From: Alphaproteobacteria bacterium
Lineage (GTDB): Bacteria; Pseudomonadota; Alphaproteobacteria; JAAXGF01
Direction: 5' to 3'
DNA: 64,000 nucleotides
NCBI GenBank assembly: GCA_963555825.3
Contig: CAUVXB020000001.1
Coordinates: 864,001 to 928,000 of the forward strand
This document shows positions 29,238 to 40,914 of this stretch, in pieces. The translations under genes were made by a program, and so were the position numbers. The notes under the pieces are model-generated. The model had not been told where the DNA came from, made no database searches, and saw nothing but the letters and a program-made list of their open reading frames with translations. How positions within the stretch are numbered: the first letter of the stretch is position 1; each line of letters begins with the position of its first letter.

Positions 29238-29338
29238 ACCACAGAGACACAGAGACACAGAGACACAGAGATAGAAAAACAAATAAATTGAATGATTTAA
29301 ATGATTTTTCTAATGTTGTTTCTCCGTATCTCTGTGGT
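29238..29338. repeat. REP-like inverted repeat with tandem octamer (CACAGAGA x4) and AT-rich spacer
   Basis: ACCACAGAGACACAGAGA... paired with ...TCTCCGTATCTCTGTGGT. Confidence 0.75.
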
Positions 29339-29383
29339 TTTTCTAACTTTCCTGCGAACGGGAAATTTATTCGAGAGGACGCC

Positions 29384-30154
29384 ATGGACGAGCCGTTGCT
29401 GTTCGAGATCGACCAAAAGGTCGCGACGCTGACGATCAATCGCGAGCGCCGGCGCAATGCGCTCGACGACACGACGCTGTTCAAGATGCGCGACGCGCTG
29501 GAAGCCGCCAAGCGCGAGCGGGTCGGCGCGATCGTGCTGACCGGCGCCGGCACCGTGGCGTTCTGCGCCGGTTCCGACATCAAGGAGCTGGCGTCGCAGA
29601 GCCCCGACGAGAAGATCGCCCATACCGAGCTCGGCCAGTCGATCGCCGACTTGATCGAGCAGCACCCGGCGCCGGTGATCGCCGCGATCGAGGGCTATTG
29701 CCTGGGCGGCGGGCTCGAGATGGCGATGGCCTGCGATTTACGCATCGCCGGCACGGGCGCGACGCTCGGCCTCCCCGAGGTGCGCCGCTTGAGTGCATTG
29801 CCGAGCTGGGGCGGCACGGTGCGCCTGCCGCGCATCGTCGGCGTCGGGCGCGCCCGCGAGGTCATCATCTTCGGCCGCACGCTGACGGCGGAAGAGGCGC
29901 TCGACTGGGGCCTGGTCAACCGCGCCTCCGCGGAGGGCGAGGCCTACGCCGACGCGCTGACGCTGGCGCGCGAGTTCGCCGCGGAAGTCGACCCGGGCGC
30001 CGCGGCGATGGCCAAGCGGCTGGTCACCTACGGCTGGGCCGCGCCGACCGCGACCGGGCGCTACATGGAATACCTCGCCGACATCAGCCAGCTCGCCTCC
30101 GACGCGCTGCAGACCGCCGCCGATAAGTTCTCCGACAAGAGCAAGGGCGATTGA
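29384..30154 (+). CDS. Enoyl-CoA hydratase/isomerase
   Basis: FCAGSDIKE, GGGLEMAMACDLR, LPEV; GAGG RBS. Confidence 0.9.
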   Translation: MDEPLLFEIDQKVATLTINRERRRNALDDTTLFKMRDALEAAKRERVGAIVLTGAGTVAFCAGSDIKELASQSPDEKIAHTELGQSIADLIEQHPAPVIAAIEGYCLGGGLEMAMACDLRIAGTGATLGLPEVRRLSALPSWGGTVRLPRIVGVGRAREVIIFGRTLTAEEALDWGLVNRASAEGEAYADALTLAREFAAEVDPGAAAMAKRLVTYGWAAPTATGRYMEYLADISQLASDALQTAADKFSDKSKGD

Positions 30155-31837
30155 CGCGCACTGCCGCTCGTGATTGGCTCCATCCATACCCGCCCGTGGC
30201 TATTACTCGGACCTACGTCCCAGGATACCGAAGGGCCTGCATATCGCCGGCAGCAGTCATCGGCTAACCGAGAGAAACTTCGGAAGACGGTAACGTGAAG
30301 TCCATTTCGATGTTGGACTTCTGAAGACAAACACTGCTAAACAAAGAGACAACCTACGAGGGTAGGCGTATGCGATTTGTAGTGGTTCCTAATACATCTA
30401 ATGTTCCGTCCGAAGGACGAGATATCGGATATCTGTGGACCGACAACTGGAATGACTGGTTCAAATACACAACGCTATATGTGCTGACCTATTTTGGTCC
30501 CGATGGTGAGATGCACGCCTTTGGCCCAGTCAAGATCGGCGAATTCGACATGGCGGAGGGGCAGGCGCGCCCAGACCTGCCTACCCGTTTCGAGGCCCTA
30601 GGCAACCAATTTTTCTCACTGGGCCAGGATGCCTCCTACTACACAGCCATCGCCGACCTCGGAGAGATCATCTCAAACCAATTCCTGACGGCCCTGAAAG
30701 ACGTGGTTGCCAATCCGGGCCTGTTCAAGCGGGCGTTGGACGAGGATGTTATGGGGGTTTCGCTTCTTCGATCTATCACAGTCCGGTCCGTCGAAGGACA
30801 ATTCAGGCGCATACTCGGTGGCGGAGCTGCGCTCACCAACTACAGCTTCCTCTACGAGGGCCCGGAACCCGACGATGAAGATATTGGCCGACTTCTACTA
30901 AATTTCGAGGTGACACCCGATTCTACACCGCCAACAAACGTTCATGTTCTCGTAGGCCGGAATGGTGTTGGGAAAACATACTTGCTAAATGCGATGACTC
31001 GGGCGCTCGTGTTACCGGAAGAGAATCCGGAGGACGATGGCATTTTCACATCGACCGATGACTTCATTACTGAAAACCATGACAGCCCGTTCGCCAATGT
31101 CGTCTCGGTCACGTTCAGTGCTTTCGATGACTTCGCCGTCGTCAGAGAGCCACGGAATGTGTCGAAGAGCATTCGCTATTCGAATGTTGGCCTGCGTAAA
31201 CGGATCAAGGACAAGAACGACAAATGGGTCACGATAACGAGAGAGCCAAAGGACCTTGCTGAGGAGTTTTCCTCAAGCGCAAGACTCTGCGTAACTGGCT
31301 ATAGAGCAGCTCGCTGGCAGCGTGCTCTGACAACATTGCAGGCGGATCCGATCTTCGCCGAAGCTCAAGTCGCGGGACTGGTCGATGTGGAGGATAATCT
31401 CTTCGCTAGACGGGCTCGACGGATTTTCCGCAAACTAAGTTCCGGCCACAAGATTGTGCTCCTCACCATCACCAAGCTCGTGGAGAAAGTTGAAGAGAAG
31501 ACGCTGATCCTGGTGGATGAGCCGGAGGCCCATCTCCATCCACCTTTGCTCTCAGCATTCGTACGCGCGCTCTCGGATCTTCTAATCAATCGCAACGGAG
31601 TTGCAATCGTCGCAACCCATTCACCGGTTGTTCTTCAGGAAGTTCCAGTAAGTTGTGTATGGAAAATCGTTAGACATGGATTGGCCGCCCGCGCCGACCG
31701 CCCGGAAATCGAGACGTTCGCTGAGAATGTCGGCGTCCTGACTCGTGAAGTCTTCGGCCTTGAGTTGACCCGGTCCGGCTTCCACAAGATGCTGACCGAA
31801 GCTTCAGGTGGCCTGGACTCAATCGATAATATCCTAA

Positions 31838-33479
31838 CCCGCATTTCCCAAGTATCGTCGATATTCAGTGCGGCGAGAAGGCGATTCTGCTATAAGAATC
31901 ATGAAGTTGTAGCATACATGGAGCGGCGGCTATGGCACACCCGATGGGTGAATCGAAACCGGGGTGCCTTCGGGTCGTTTTTGACCGTCGATTGAAGCTT
32001 GAATTCCACGGTTCCAAGATCACCTCTGATGCCGGGTTGCTCGCCTACCGGGAGCTTGACGATGCCCTCGGCCTGACTGAGATGGCCGAGGGTGTTTTCC
32101 AGGATAGCCGTACCGGCAAGAACGGATGGCACGGCATGACGGGTCAGTTTCGCCAGTCCGTTTTCGGGCGCCTTGGCGGCTATGACGATGTGAACGACGC
32201 CGACCGTCTGGGACGCGATCCCGCCATGCGCTGGATTGTTGGCGGCAAGGCCATCGAAAGACAGGCCGCTTCCACCAGCCAGATGGGACGCTTCGAGACG
32301 GAGCTATTGGCCACCGACGAGAACGTTGAAGCCTTGGTCGACATGAACGGGGTGTGGATCGACAAGGTTCATGACCGCCATCCGCCGAAGATGATCATTC
32401 TCGACATGGACAGCAGCGTCAGCCCGACCCATGGCGAACAAGAGGGAACAGCGTACAATGGTCACTTCGGCTGTACCTGCTAGCATCCGCTATTCCTGTT
32501 CAACCAGTTCGGCGACTTGGAGAGATGTTCCCTGCGCCCCGGTAATGTTCACAGTGCCGACGGATGGCGGAATGTTCTGGAGCCGGTGGTGATGCGCTAT
32601 AAGGAAAGGAAGGTGCGGCTGTATTTTCGTGGCGATGCCGCCTTCGCCTCACCGGAGATATACGAATATCTCGAAGCCGAGGGATTACTCTACGTCATCC
32701 GCCTCAAAGCGAACGCGATTCTCCAGCGGAACATTGCCCATCTGCTTACGCGACCTGTCGGTCGCCCGCCCGACCATGTTCGCCGTTTCCACGCCAGCTT
32801 CAGCTATCAGGCCGGATCGTGGAACAAGAAGCGCCGTGTCGTGGCCAAAGTGGAGTGGCACCCCGGCGAGCTGGTTCCTCGCGTCGGTTTCATCGTCACT
32901 AATCTGTCGCGCCCTACCAAGCGGGTGGTGGCGTTCTATAATCACCGTGGCACGGCGGAGCAGCACATCAAGGAAGGCAAGAACGCCATCAACTGGACCC
33001 GTCTGTCATGTCGCAAGTTCCGCAACAATGCCGTTCGGCTCCAGCTTCACGCCCTGGCCTACAATCTGGGCAACTTCATGAGGACACTGGCTTTGCCGAA
33101 GGAGGTGGAGCACTGGTCGATGACGACGTTGCGCGACAAGCTGGTGAAGATCGGGGCCAAGGTTGTCCGACATGGCCGCTACGTTACGTTCCAATTGGCT
33201 GAGGTGGCGGTGCCGAGGGACCTGTTCCGGAAAATCCTGAGCTTGATTGATGATCTGCGACGAAGACCCGCTCCGGCGTAGGCCGAGGGAATCGACGGCG
33301 AGGAGAAAGCGACAGGAGAGGTGTGTCTGGATGGCGAGAAAAATGACCGAGTGGCCTTCCAAGCGCGGGCCGATTACCAAAATCATGCCATCGGATGGCT
33401 GCATAGGGGATACAGTTCCCTTGGCGGTGGGAAAGTGGTACGATTTCCACGAATTTGGATGGTATATGGGGAATGTCGG
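31838..33479 (+). mobile_element. IS1380 family element, TSD CCTAA
   Basis: IRs CCCGCATTTCCCA / (rc) CCGACATTCCCCA; CCTAA at 31833-31837 and 33480-33484. Confidence 0.9.
31932..33281 (+). pseudogene. IS1380 transposase with in-frame TAG at 32481-32483
   Basis: ITSDAGLL, LDMDSS, YNGHFGCTC*HPL (Tyr expected), LRPGNVHSADG, RGDAAF, YNHRGTAEQHIKEGK all in one frame. Confidence 0.9.
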
Positions 33480-33797
33480 CCTAATCAAATTTGACAATGA
33501 AGTTGGCTCGGATGGACGGGCGCTCATCAGCAGCCTAATTGCCGTGCGCAATACCGACGAGGCTGAATGATGTGGCCGGTGGAACGACCGGACATCGACG
33601 CTGGCTACACCTTCAAAATCTGCATCAGTCTCGTGCGAAGCCATGAGTTAAAACGGCGGCTCACAAGTGTGCGTCCGGACATTCAAGCGGCCGCAGCCGA
33701 ATATGAGGTGAAGGCCGAGGCTGGCCATCTGCATCTGATTCCGGTTGCCAACATGGTTGGCGGCTGCGTGACGAAAGACGAGATGGTCAAAGTGTAT

Positions 33798-35112
33798 TAT
33801 GCTGCGCCCCGTTTTTCGGACCACGGTTTAAGATAAGTCTGTCTCCTTCTTTCGGGGAAGGATTGAAGGATGACGAGGGTTCGCAAGACGCATGGCGAAG
33901 GTTTCAAATTCAAGGTGGCGCTGGCGGCGTTGAAGGGAGACCGGACGCTTGGGGAGCTGAGCCGGGAGTATGCGGTTTCGGTTGGCGCGATCCAGAAGTG
34001 GCGTGACCAGTTGGAATGTGGGGGCAAGAGCCTTTTCGCCGACAAGCGCCGCCGGTCGGGGACGGCGGATGAGCGGACCATCGCCAAGTTGCATGAGAAG
34101 ATCGGCGAGTTGACGATGGAGCGCGACTTCTTAAAAAAAGCATTGGAGAGCTGAGCCGTGACAAAAGAAAAGCACTTCTCCGGCGCGAAGGTGGCGACTT
34201 GAGCCTGCGCCGCCAATGCGCCCTTTTGGATATCAACCGCAGCACGGTGTACTACCGGCGGCGTTCCGGGACGGATGACGAGGTCGACATGATGAACCGC
34301 ATCCGGGACATCTGGGAGGCCCGTCCGTTCTACGGCTACCGCAAGATCGCCGAGGTCTTGCGCCGCGCCGGCCATGTCGTCAACCACAAGCGGGTGCGCC
34401 GCCTGATGAAGGCGATGGGGATCGCGGCGTTGTACGCCACGCCCAAGACCAGCCGCCCGGGGCGGGACCACGTTGTCCATCCTTATCTTCTGCAGGATCT
34501 GGACATTGTCCGCCCCGGTCAGGTCTGGCAGGTGGACATCACTTACATCAAGTTGCCGGTGGGCTTCGCTTATTTGGTGGCGCTGATCGATGTTTACAGC
34601 CGCCGGATCATGGGCTGGCGCCTGTCCAACTCGATGAGCCGGACGTTCTGTCTCGAGGCGCTGGAGGATGCGCTTGCCCAAGGGGTTGCGGACATCGTCA
34701 ACTCGGACCAGGGGGCGCAGTTCACGGCCAAGGACTGGGTATCGGCGCTGGAGGACTGCGGCATTCGGGTTTCCATGGACGGCAAAGGGCGTTGCCTGGA
34801 CAACATCTTCATTGAGCGCTTCTGGCGCTCGATCAAATACGAGGAAGTCTATCTCCGGGTCTATGAGAGCCTGCCCGAGGCGCGGCGCTGCATCGGCGCC
34901 TACATCGACTTCTACAACAGCCAGAGACCGCACCAGTCGCTGGATTACAATACGCCCGACGAGGTTTATTTCGAAGGCGGCCACCGGCCCGTGGATATGA
35001 TGGATAAGCCTGACGGCTTACCCACATCCCCACAGGCGCAACAACAGCAATCAGGAGACAAAAATTATCTTAAACAGGCCGCATAATGGTCTGGACAACG
35101 GGGCGCACTTTA
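33798..35112 (+). mobile_element. IS3 family element, TSD TAT
   Basis: IRs TATGCTGCGCCCCGTTTTTCGGACCA / (rc) TAAAGTGCGCCCCGTTGTCCAGACCA; TAT at 33795-33797 and 35113-35115. Confidence 0.9.
33870..35086 (+). CDS. IS3 transposase OrfA (33870-34154) / OrfB (to 35086), programmed -1 frameshift
   Basis: HTH OrfA ending ERDFLKK, slippery AAAAAAAG at 34133-34140, WQVDITY, NSDQGAQF, DNIFIERFW. Confidence 0.92.
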
Positions 35113-35657
35113 TATGACCAGCGGATGGTGGGGAAGAAAGGGCCAGGTCGTACGATATATGACCAGATCAAGTTACTGCCGGAGGGTGATCGATGTCCCT
35201 TGTGCGACCAACGCAATGTATCGACGCTGGATCATATCCTGCCAAAGATCCTCTATCCCGCCCTTGCTGTAGCACCGGATAATCTCGTTGGTGCGTGCTT
35301 CGAATGCAACAAGGCCAAGCTGGCCACAGCTCCAGTTACGCCGCAAGACACTCTCCTTCACCCGTACTTCGACGATGTCAGCCACGAGCAGTGGTTGAAG
35401 GCGGGGATCGTGCCACAAGCCCGCCCGCTGTGATCTTTAGGGTTGAAGCGCCGCACAGCTGGCCCGCCGATTTGACGATTCGCGTACGACACCAGTTCGA
35501 CATTTTCGGATTACCGTCGCTCTATTCCAGTGAAGCGGCCCGTGAGATCAGCAACATTCGCCATAACCTCCAGACCCATTTCGATGCGGGTGGAACTGGG
35601 GCGGTACAGAACGAACTAATGCTGTATCGCACCCGGTTCCTTGGACACAAGTTTGTC

Positions 35658-36569
35658 TCATGCGGCGGGCCTGAGTGACATCGCGGTGTGCCACGCCTGA
35701 CGAGCTTGAGCGGGGCTCAGGTAGCCGTTCTTCTCCACGATCCACTGGGCATTGTACTGTTCGACGAACCCGCGGACGGCGTTCCGCAGCTCCGCGATGT
35801 TGCGGTAGATGCGGCCATGGATGATCTGTTCCTTGAGCGTGCGATTGAACCTCTCGGCGACGCCGTTGGTCTGGGGCTGTTCGACGAAGGCGTAGGACGG
35901 CTGGATGCCCCAGAACTTGATCTGGTTGGTGAAGTGGTCCGACAGATACTGGGAGCCGTGATCCATCCGCAAGGCCAGCCCCCGCGCCGCACCGGCGGAG
36001 GTCGAGGCATACAGCCTCGCAAGCCCCATGGAGATCGGCTGAAGGGCGGCGAAGCGGTCGCCTCGCTTGCACACATGCCAGCCGACGCACTCGGCGTTCC
36101 AATGCTCGATGGCGGTGAATATCCAGCCCCAGCCGTCGTCCACCGTGAACACCCGAACGCCGTCCGTGCCCCACATGAGGTTGGGGGCATGGGTGATGAT
36201 CTCACCGACATGGGGATTTCCGCCACGGCGGCGGCAGCGATGGGGCGAGAGCAGGTTGTTCTCGCGCATCACCCGGAGCCCCCGCTTGCGGGAAACACGG
36301 ATGCCACGACAGACCCGAAGCCGAGCCCAGACCTTGCGGTGTCCCTCGCCCTCCCAGGGGGATGCCTCCAGGTCGGCCTCGATGGCCACCAGCAGAGCCT
36401 CGTCCGAGATCGAGGGCTTCGGTCCCCGGCGCTTTGCTGGTGGGCGCTCAGCGGTGGCCTGCTGCCGGGATTTCATGGCGTAGAACGAGGAACGGGCAAA
36501 ACCCCAGGCCGCACAGACCCGCTGGAGGCCGTAGGCCAAACCCGTGCCGGGAGAGGTGGCGGCACTCAT
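35658..36569 (-). CDS. DDE transposase OrfB (rve)
   Basis: HTH region plus DDE core; ATGA overlap with OrfA. Confidence 0.9.
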   Translation of the reverse strand: MSAATSPGTGLAYGLQRVCAAWGFARSSFYAMKSRQQATAERPPAKRRGPKPSISDEALLVAIEADLEASPWEGEGHRKVWARLRVCRGIRVSRKRGLRVMRENNLLSPHRCRRRGGNPHVGEIITHAPNLMWGTDGVRVFTVDDGWGWIFTAIEHWNAECVGWHVCKRGDRFAALQPISMGLARLYASTSAGAARGLALRMDHGSQYLSDHFTNQIKFWGIQPSYAFVEQPQTNGVAERFNRTLKEQIIHGRIYRNIAELRNAVRGFVEQYNAQWIVEKNGYLSPAQARQAWHTAMSLRPAA

Positions 36570-36997
36570 CGCCGCGACCTCCGCCGCCCCAAAGGGCCGG
36601 ACGTCTCCGTCTTGGCCTCCAGCAGTTCCACCTGCATGATCAACTCCCCGATCCGCTTCATGGCGATGTCCAGTTCCGCCTTCACCGGATCGCCCTTGCG
36701 TTCCTTGAGCGAGGCATCGATCCCGGCGATCGCCTTCTCACGCCACTGCTCGAGCCGGAAAATCTCCACGCCCAACTGCCGCGACAAAAGTTCCACCGGC
36801 TCGCCACGCAAAAGCCGCAGGGCAACCTCACGCTTGCGCGTCACCGTCCACCGCTGGCCAAGTCCCAGCGGGCCTGCCGGCGAAACCTGGCCCGGGGAAA
36901 ACGTGGACGAGCCAAGCTCGCCCTCGTTTACCACAGGCCCATCAACAGCAACTTTGTTCTCAAAATTGTCGGTCATGTTCCGGTCCTCCTTGGACAC
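36566..36997 (-). CDS. Transposase OrfA (HTH)
   Basis: RWTVTRKREVALRLLRGE..LSRQLGV..LEQWRE, coiled-coil tail. Confidence 0.8.
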   Translation of the reverse strand: MSKEDRNMTDNFENKVAVDGPVVNEGELGSSTFSPGQVSPAGPLGLGQRWTVTRKREVALRLLRGEPVELLSRQLGVEIFRLEQWREKAIAGIDASLKERKGDPVKAELDIAMKRIGELIMQVELLEAKTETSGPLGRRRSRR

Positions 36998-37261
36998 TTC
37001 GATTAAGCCAATTCTGTGTCCAAGGAAATCGGGTCCGACTCAGAACGAACTAATGCGTCAATGGTACTCTCGCCGTGCAAATCGGCTTAACTCGTGGCAA
37101 ACGGCAACCTATGAAGCACTCGCTCACGACGCTTGGTTTTGTGATGGCGGATTCGCTTGAGACTCCACGTCGCAACCGAATGGCCCACGGAGCTTGAAGC
37201 ATCGATGTCTCCCAAACACAAACAGGTGTATCGCACCCGGTTCCTTGGACACAAGTTTGTC

Positions 37262-38173
37262 TCATGCGGCGGGCCTGAGTGACATCGCGGTGTGCCACGC
37301 CTGACGAGCTTGAGCGGGGCTCAGGTAGCCGTTCTTCTCCACGATCCACTGGGCATTGTACTGTTCGACGAACCCGCGGACGGCGTTCCGCAGCTCCGCG
37401 ATGTTGCGGTAGATGCGGCCATGGATGATCTGTTCCTTGAGCGTGCGATTGAACCTCTCGGCGACGCCGTTGGTCTGGGGCTGTTCGACGAAGGCGTAGG
37501 ACGGCTGGATGCCCCAGAACTTGATCTGGTTGGTGAAGTGGTCCGACAGATACTGGGAGCCGTGATCCATCCGCAAGGCCAGCCCCCGCGCCGCACCGGC
37601 GGAGGTCGAGGCATACAGCCTCGCAAGCCCCATGGAGATCGGCTGAAGGGCGGCGAAGCGGTCGCCTCGCTTGCACACATGCCAGCCGACGCACTCGGCG
37701 TTCCAATGCTCGATGGCGGTGAATATCCAGCCCCAGCCGTCGTCCACCGTGAACACCCGAACGCCGTCCGTGCCCCACATGAGGTTGGGGGCATGGGTGA
37801 TGATCTCACCGACATGGGGATTTCCGCCACGGCGGCGGCAGCGATGGGGCGAGAGCAGGTTGTTCTCGCGCATCACCCGGAGCCCCCGCTTGCGGGAAAC
37901 ACGGATGCCACGACAGACCCGAAGCCGAGCCCAGACCTTGCGGTGTCCCTCGCCCTCCCAGGGGGATGCCTCCAGGTCGGCCTCGATGGCCACCAGCAGA
38001 GCCTCGTCCGAGATCGAGGGCTTCGGTCCCCGGCGCTTTGCTGGTGGGCGCTCAGCGGTGGCCTGCTGCCGGGATTTCATGGCGTAGAACGAGGAACGGG
38101 CAAAACCCCAGGCCGCACAGACCCGCTGGAGGCCGTAGGCCAAACCCGTGCCGGGAGAGGTGGCGGCACTCAT
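37262..38173 (-). CDS. DDE transposase OrfB (rve)
   Basis: Identical translation to 35658..36569. Confidence 0.9.
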   Translation of the reverse strand: MSAATSPGTGLAYGLQRVCAAWGFARSSFYAMKSRQQATAERPPAKRRGPKPSISDEALLVAIEADLEASPWEGEGHRKVWARLRVCRGIRVSRKRGLRVMRENNLLSPHRCRRRGGNPHVGEIITHAPNLMWGTDGVRVFTVDDGWGWIFTAIEHWNAECVGWHVCKRGDRFAALQPISMGLARLYASTSAGAARGLALRMDHGSQYLSDHFTNQIKFWGIQPSYAFVEQPQTNGVAERFNRTLKEQIIHGRIYRNIAELRNAVRGFVEQYNAQWIVEKNGYLSPAQARQAWHTAMSLRPAA

Positions 38174-38601
38174 CGCCGCGACCTCCGCCGCCCCAAAGGG
38201 CCGGACGTCTCCGTCTTGGCCTCCAGCAGTTCCACCTGCATGATCAACTCCCCGATCCGCTTCATGGCGATGTCCAGTTCCGCCTTCACCGGATCGCCCT
38301 TGCGTTCCTTGAGCGAGGCATCGATCCCGGCGATCGCCTTCTCACGCCACTGCTCGAGCCGGAAAATCTCCACGCCCAACTGCCGCGACAAAAGTTCCAC
38401 CGGCTCGCCACGCAAAAGCCGCAGGGCAACCTCACGCTTGCGCGTCACCGTCCACCGCTGGCCAAGTCCCAGCGGGCCTGCCGGCGAAACCTGGCCCGGG
38501 GAAAACGTGGACGAGCCAAGCTCGCCCTCGTTTACCACAGGCCCATCAACAGCAACTTTGTTCTCAAAATTGTCGGTCATGTTCCGGTCCTCCTTGGACA
38601 C
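38170..38601 (-). CDS. Transposase OrfA (HTH)
   Basis: Identical translation to 36566..36997. Confidence 0.8.
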   Translation of the reverse strand: MSKEDRNMTDNFENKVAVDGPVVNEGELGSSTFSPGQVSPAGPLGLGQRWTVTRKREVALRLLRGEPVELLSRQLGVEIFRLEQWREKAIAGIDASLKERKGDPVKAELDIAMKRIGELIMQVELLEAKTETSGPLGRRRSRR

Positions 38602-38770
38602 TTCGATTAAGCCAATTCTGTGTCCAAGGAAATCGGGTCCGACTCACAAACACAAACAGGAAAGAACAACGCAAATGTTTGTAAGGAGTCACTCTCGGCC
38701 GTTCGGCGGAGGGTCTGCGCTGTCCCGACCGCATCGATCAGCGAGCATCTACCGGACAAGCGTATCAAAG

Positions 38771-40454
<1,684 letters not shown>

Positions 40455-40464
40455 GAAATTTCCG

Positions 40465-40902
40465 TCAGCCGTCGCGGCCCGCCTGGCCGTGATACTCGAC
40501 GAAGCGATCGGGCCGGACGCGGATTGCCACGCTCTCGCTGTCGCTTTCGCTGTCGCCGCCGTTGCTGTCGGCCAGATAGCGTTGCGCCCGCTCTTCGCCG
40601 ATATAGCGCGACACCATGGCGTACATCTTCTCCCTCGAGAGCGCCGGCTCGATCGCCGCCGAGCCCTTGATCATCACCGCGTAATAGGGCGGGTCGCGGC
40701 GGTCGACGACCACGGTCGCCTTGCCCGTGCGCTCGACGTTTCTGACCTTCTGGGATTTCCGGTAACAGGCGAAGAGAATGTCGCCTTCGTCGTAGAGATA
40801 CCACATCGGCATGGCGTGTGGCGCGTCGCCCGGGCCCGTCGTCGCGAGGACGCAGATGTTGGGCTCCGCGAGGAAGTCGATGGCTTGTTTGGGTGCTTTC
40901 AT
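40465..40902 (-). CDS. Pyridoxamine 5'-phosphate oxidase-like (PPOX class) protein
   Basis: VLATTGPGDAPHAMPMWY, SQKVRNV. Confidence 0.8.
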   Translation of the reverse strand: MKAPKQAIDFLAEPNICVLATTGPGDAPHAMPMWYLYDEGDILFACYRKSQKVRNVERTGKATVVVDRRDPPYYAVMIKGSAAIEPALSREKMYAMVSRYIGEERAQRYLADSNGGDSESDSESVAIRVRPDRFVEYHGQAGRDG

Positions 40903-40914
40903 TTCGCTCTATCC

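Larger units (their letters stand above)
30370..33570 (+). pseudogene. AAA/ABC-type ATPase (PtuA-like, 517 aa reconstructed) split by IS1380
   Basis: Walker A GRNGVGKT, LSSG signature, Walker B LVDEPEAHLHP, ATHS; removing IS and one CCTAA joins 31837 to 33485 in frame (..DNILIKFDNEVGSDGRAL..EAE*). Confidence 0.87.
35623..37042 (-). mobile_element. Two-ORF IS3/IS481-like element copy 2 (1420 bp), 14-bp TSD
   Basis: TG..CA ends with imperfect IR; GAACGAACTAATGC at 35609-35622 and 37043-37056. Confidence 0.93.
33567..37160 (+). pseudogene. HNH endonuclease (PtuB-like, ~280 aa reconstructed) split by two ISs and one frameshift
   Basis: Overlaps ATPase stop; CPLC..STLDHILPK..NLVGACFECNKAK..LHPYFD; segments 33567-33797, 35116-35622 (frameshift ~35415), 37057-37160. 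Confidence 0.85.
37227..38646 (-). mobile_element. Two-ORF IS3/IS481-like element copy 3 (1420 bp), 14-bp TSD
   Basis: CAAACACAAACAGG at 37213-37226 and 38647-38660. Confidence 0.93.

Noticed and set aside
29288-29383. N-terminal extensions in the ORF track (also 10657..11799, 43489, 44450, 59552..63571)
   Set aside because: They run through repeats or intergenic DNA; downstream starts with RBS fit the families better.
30155-30369. Retron ncRNA upstream of the ATPase
   Set aside because: No reverse transcriptase in the window and no convincing a1/a2 inverted repeats.
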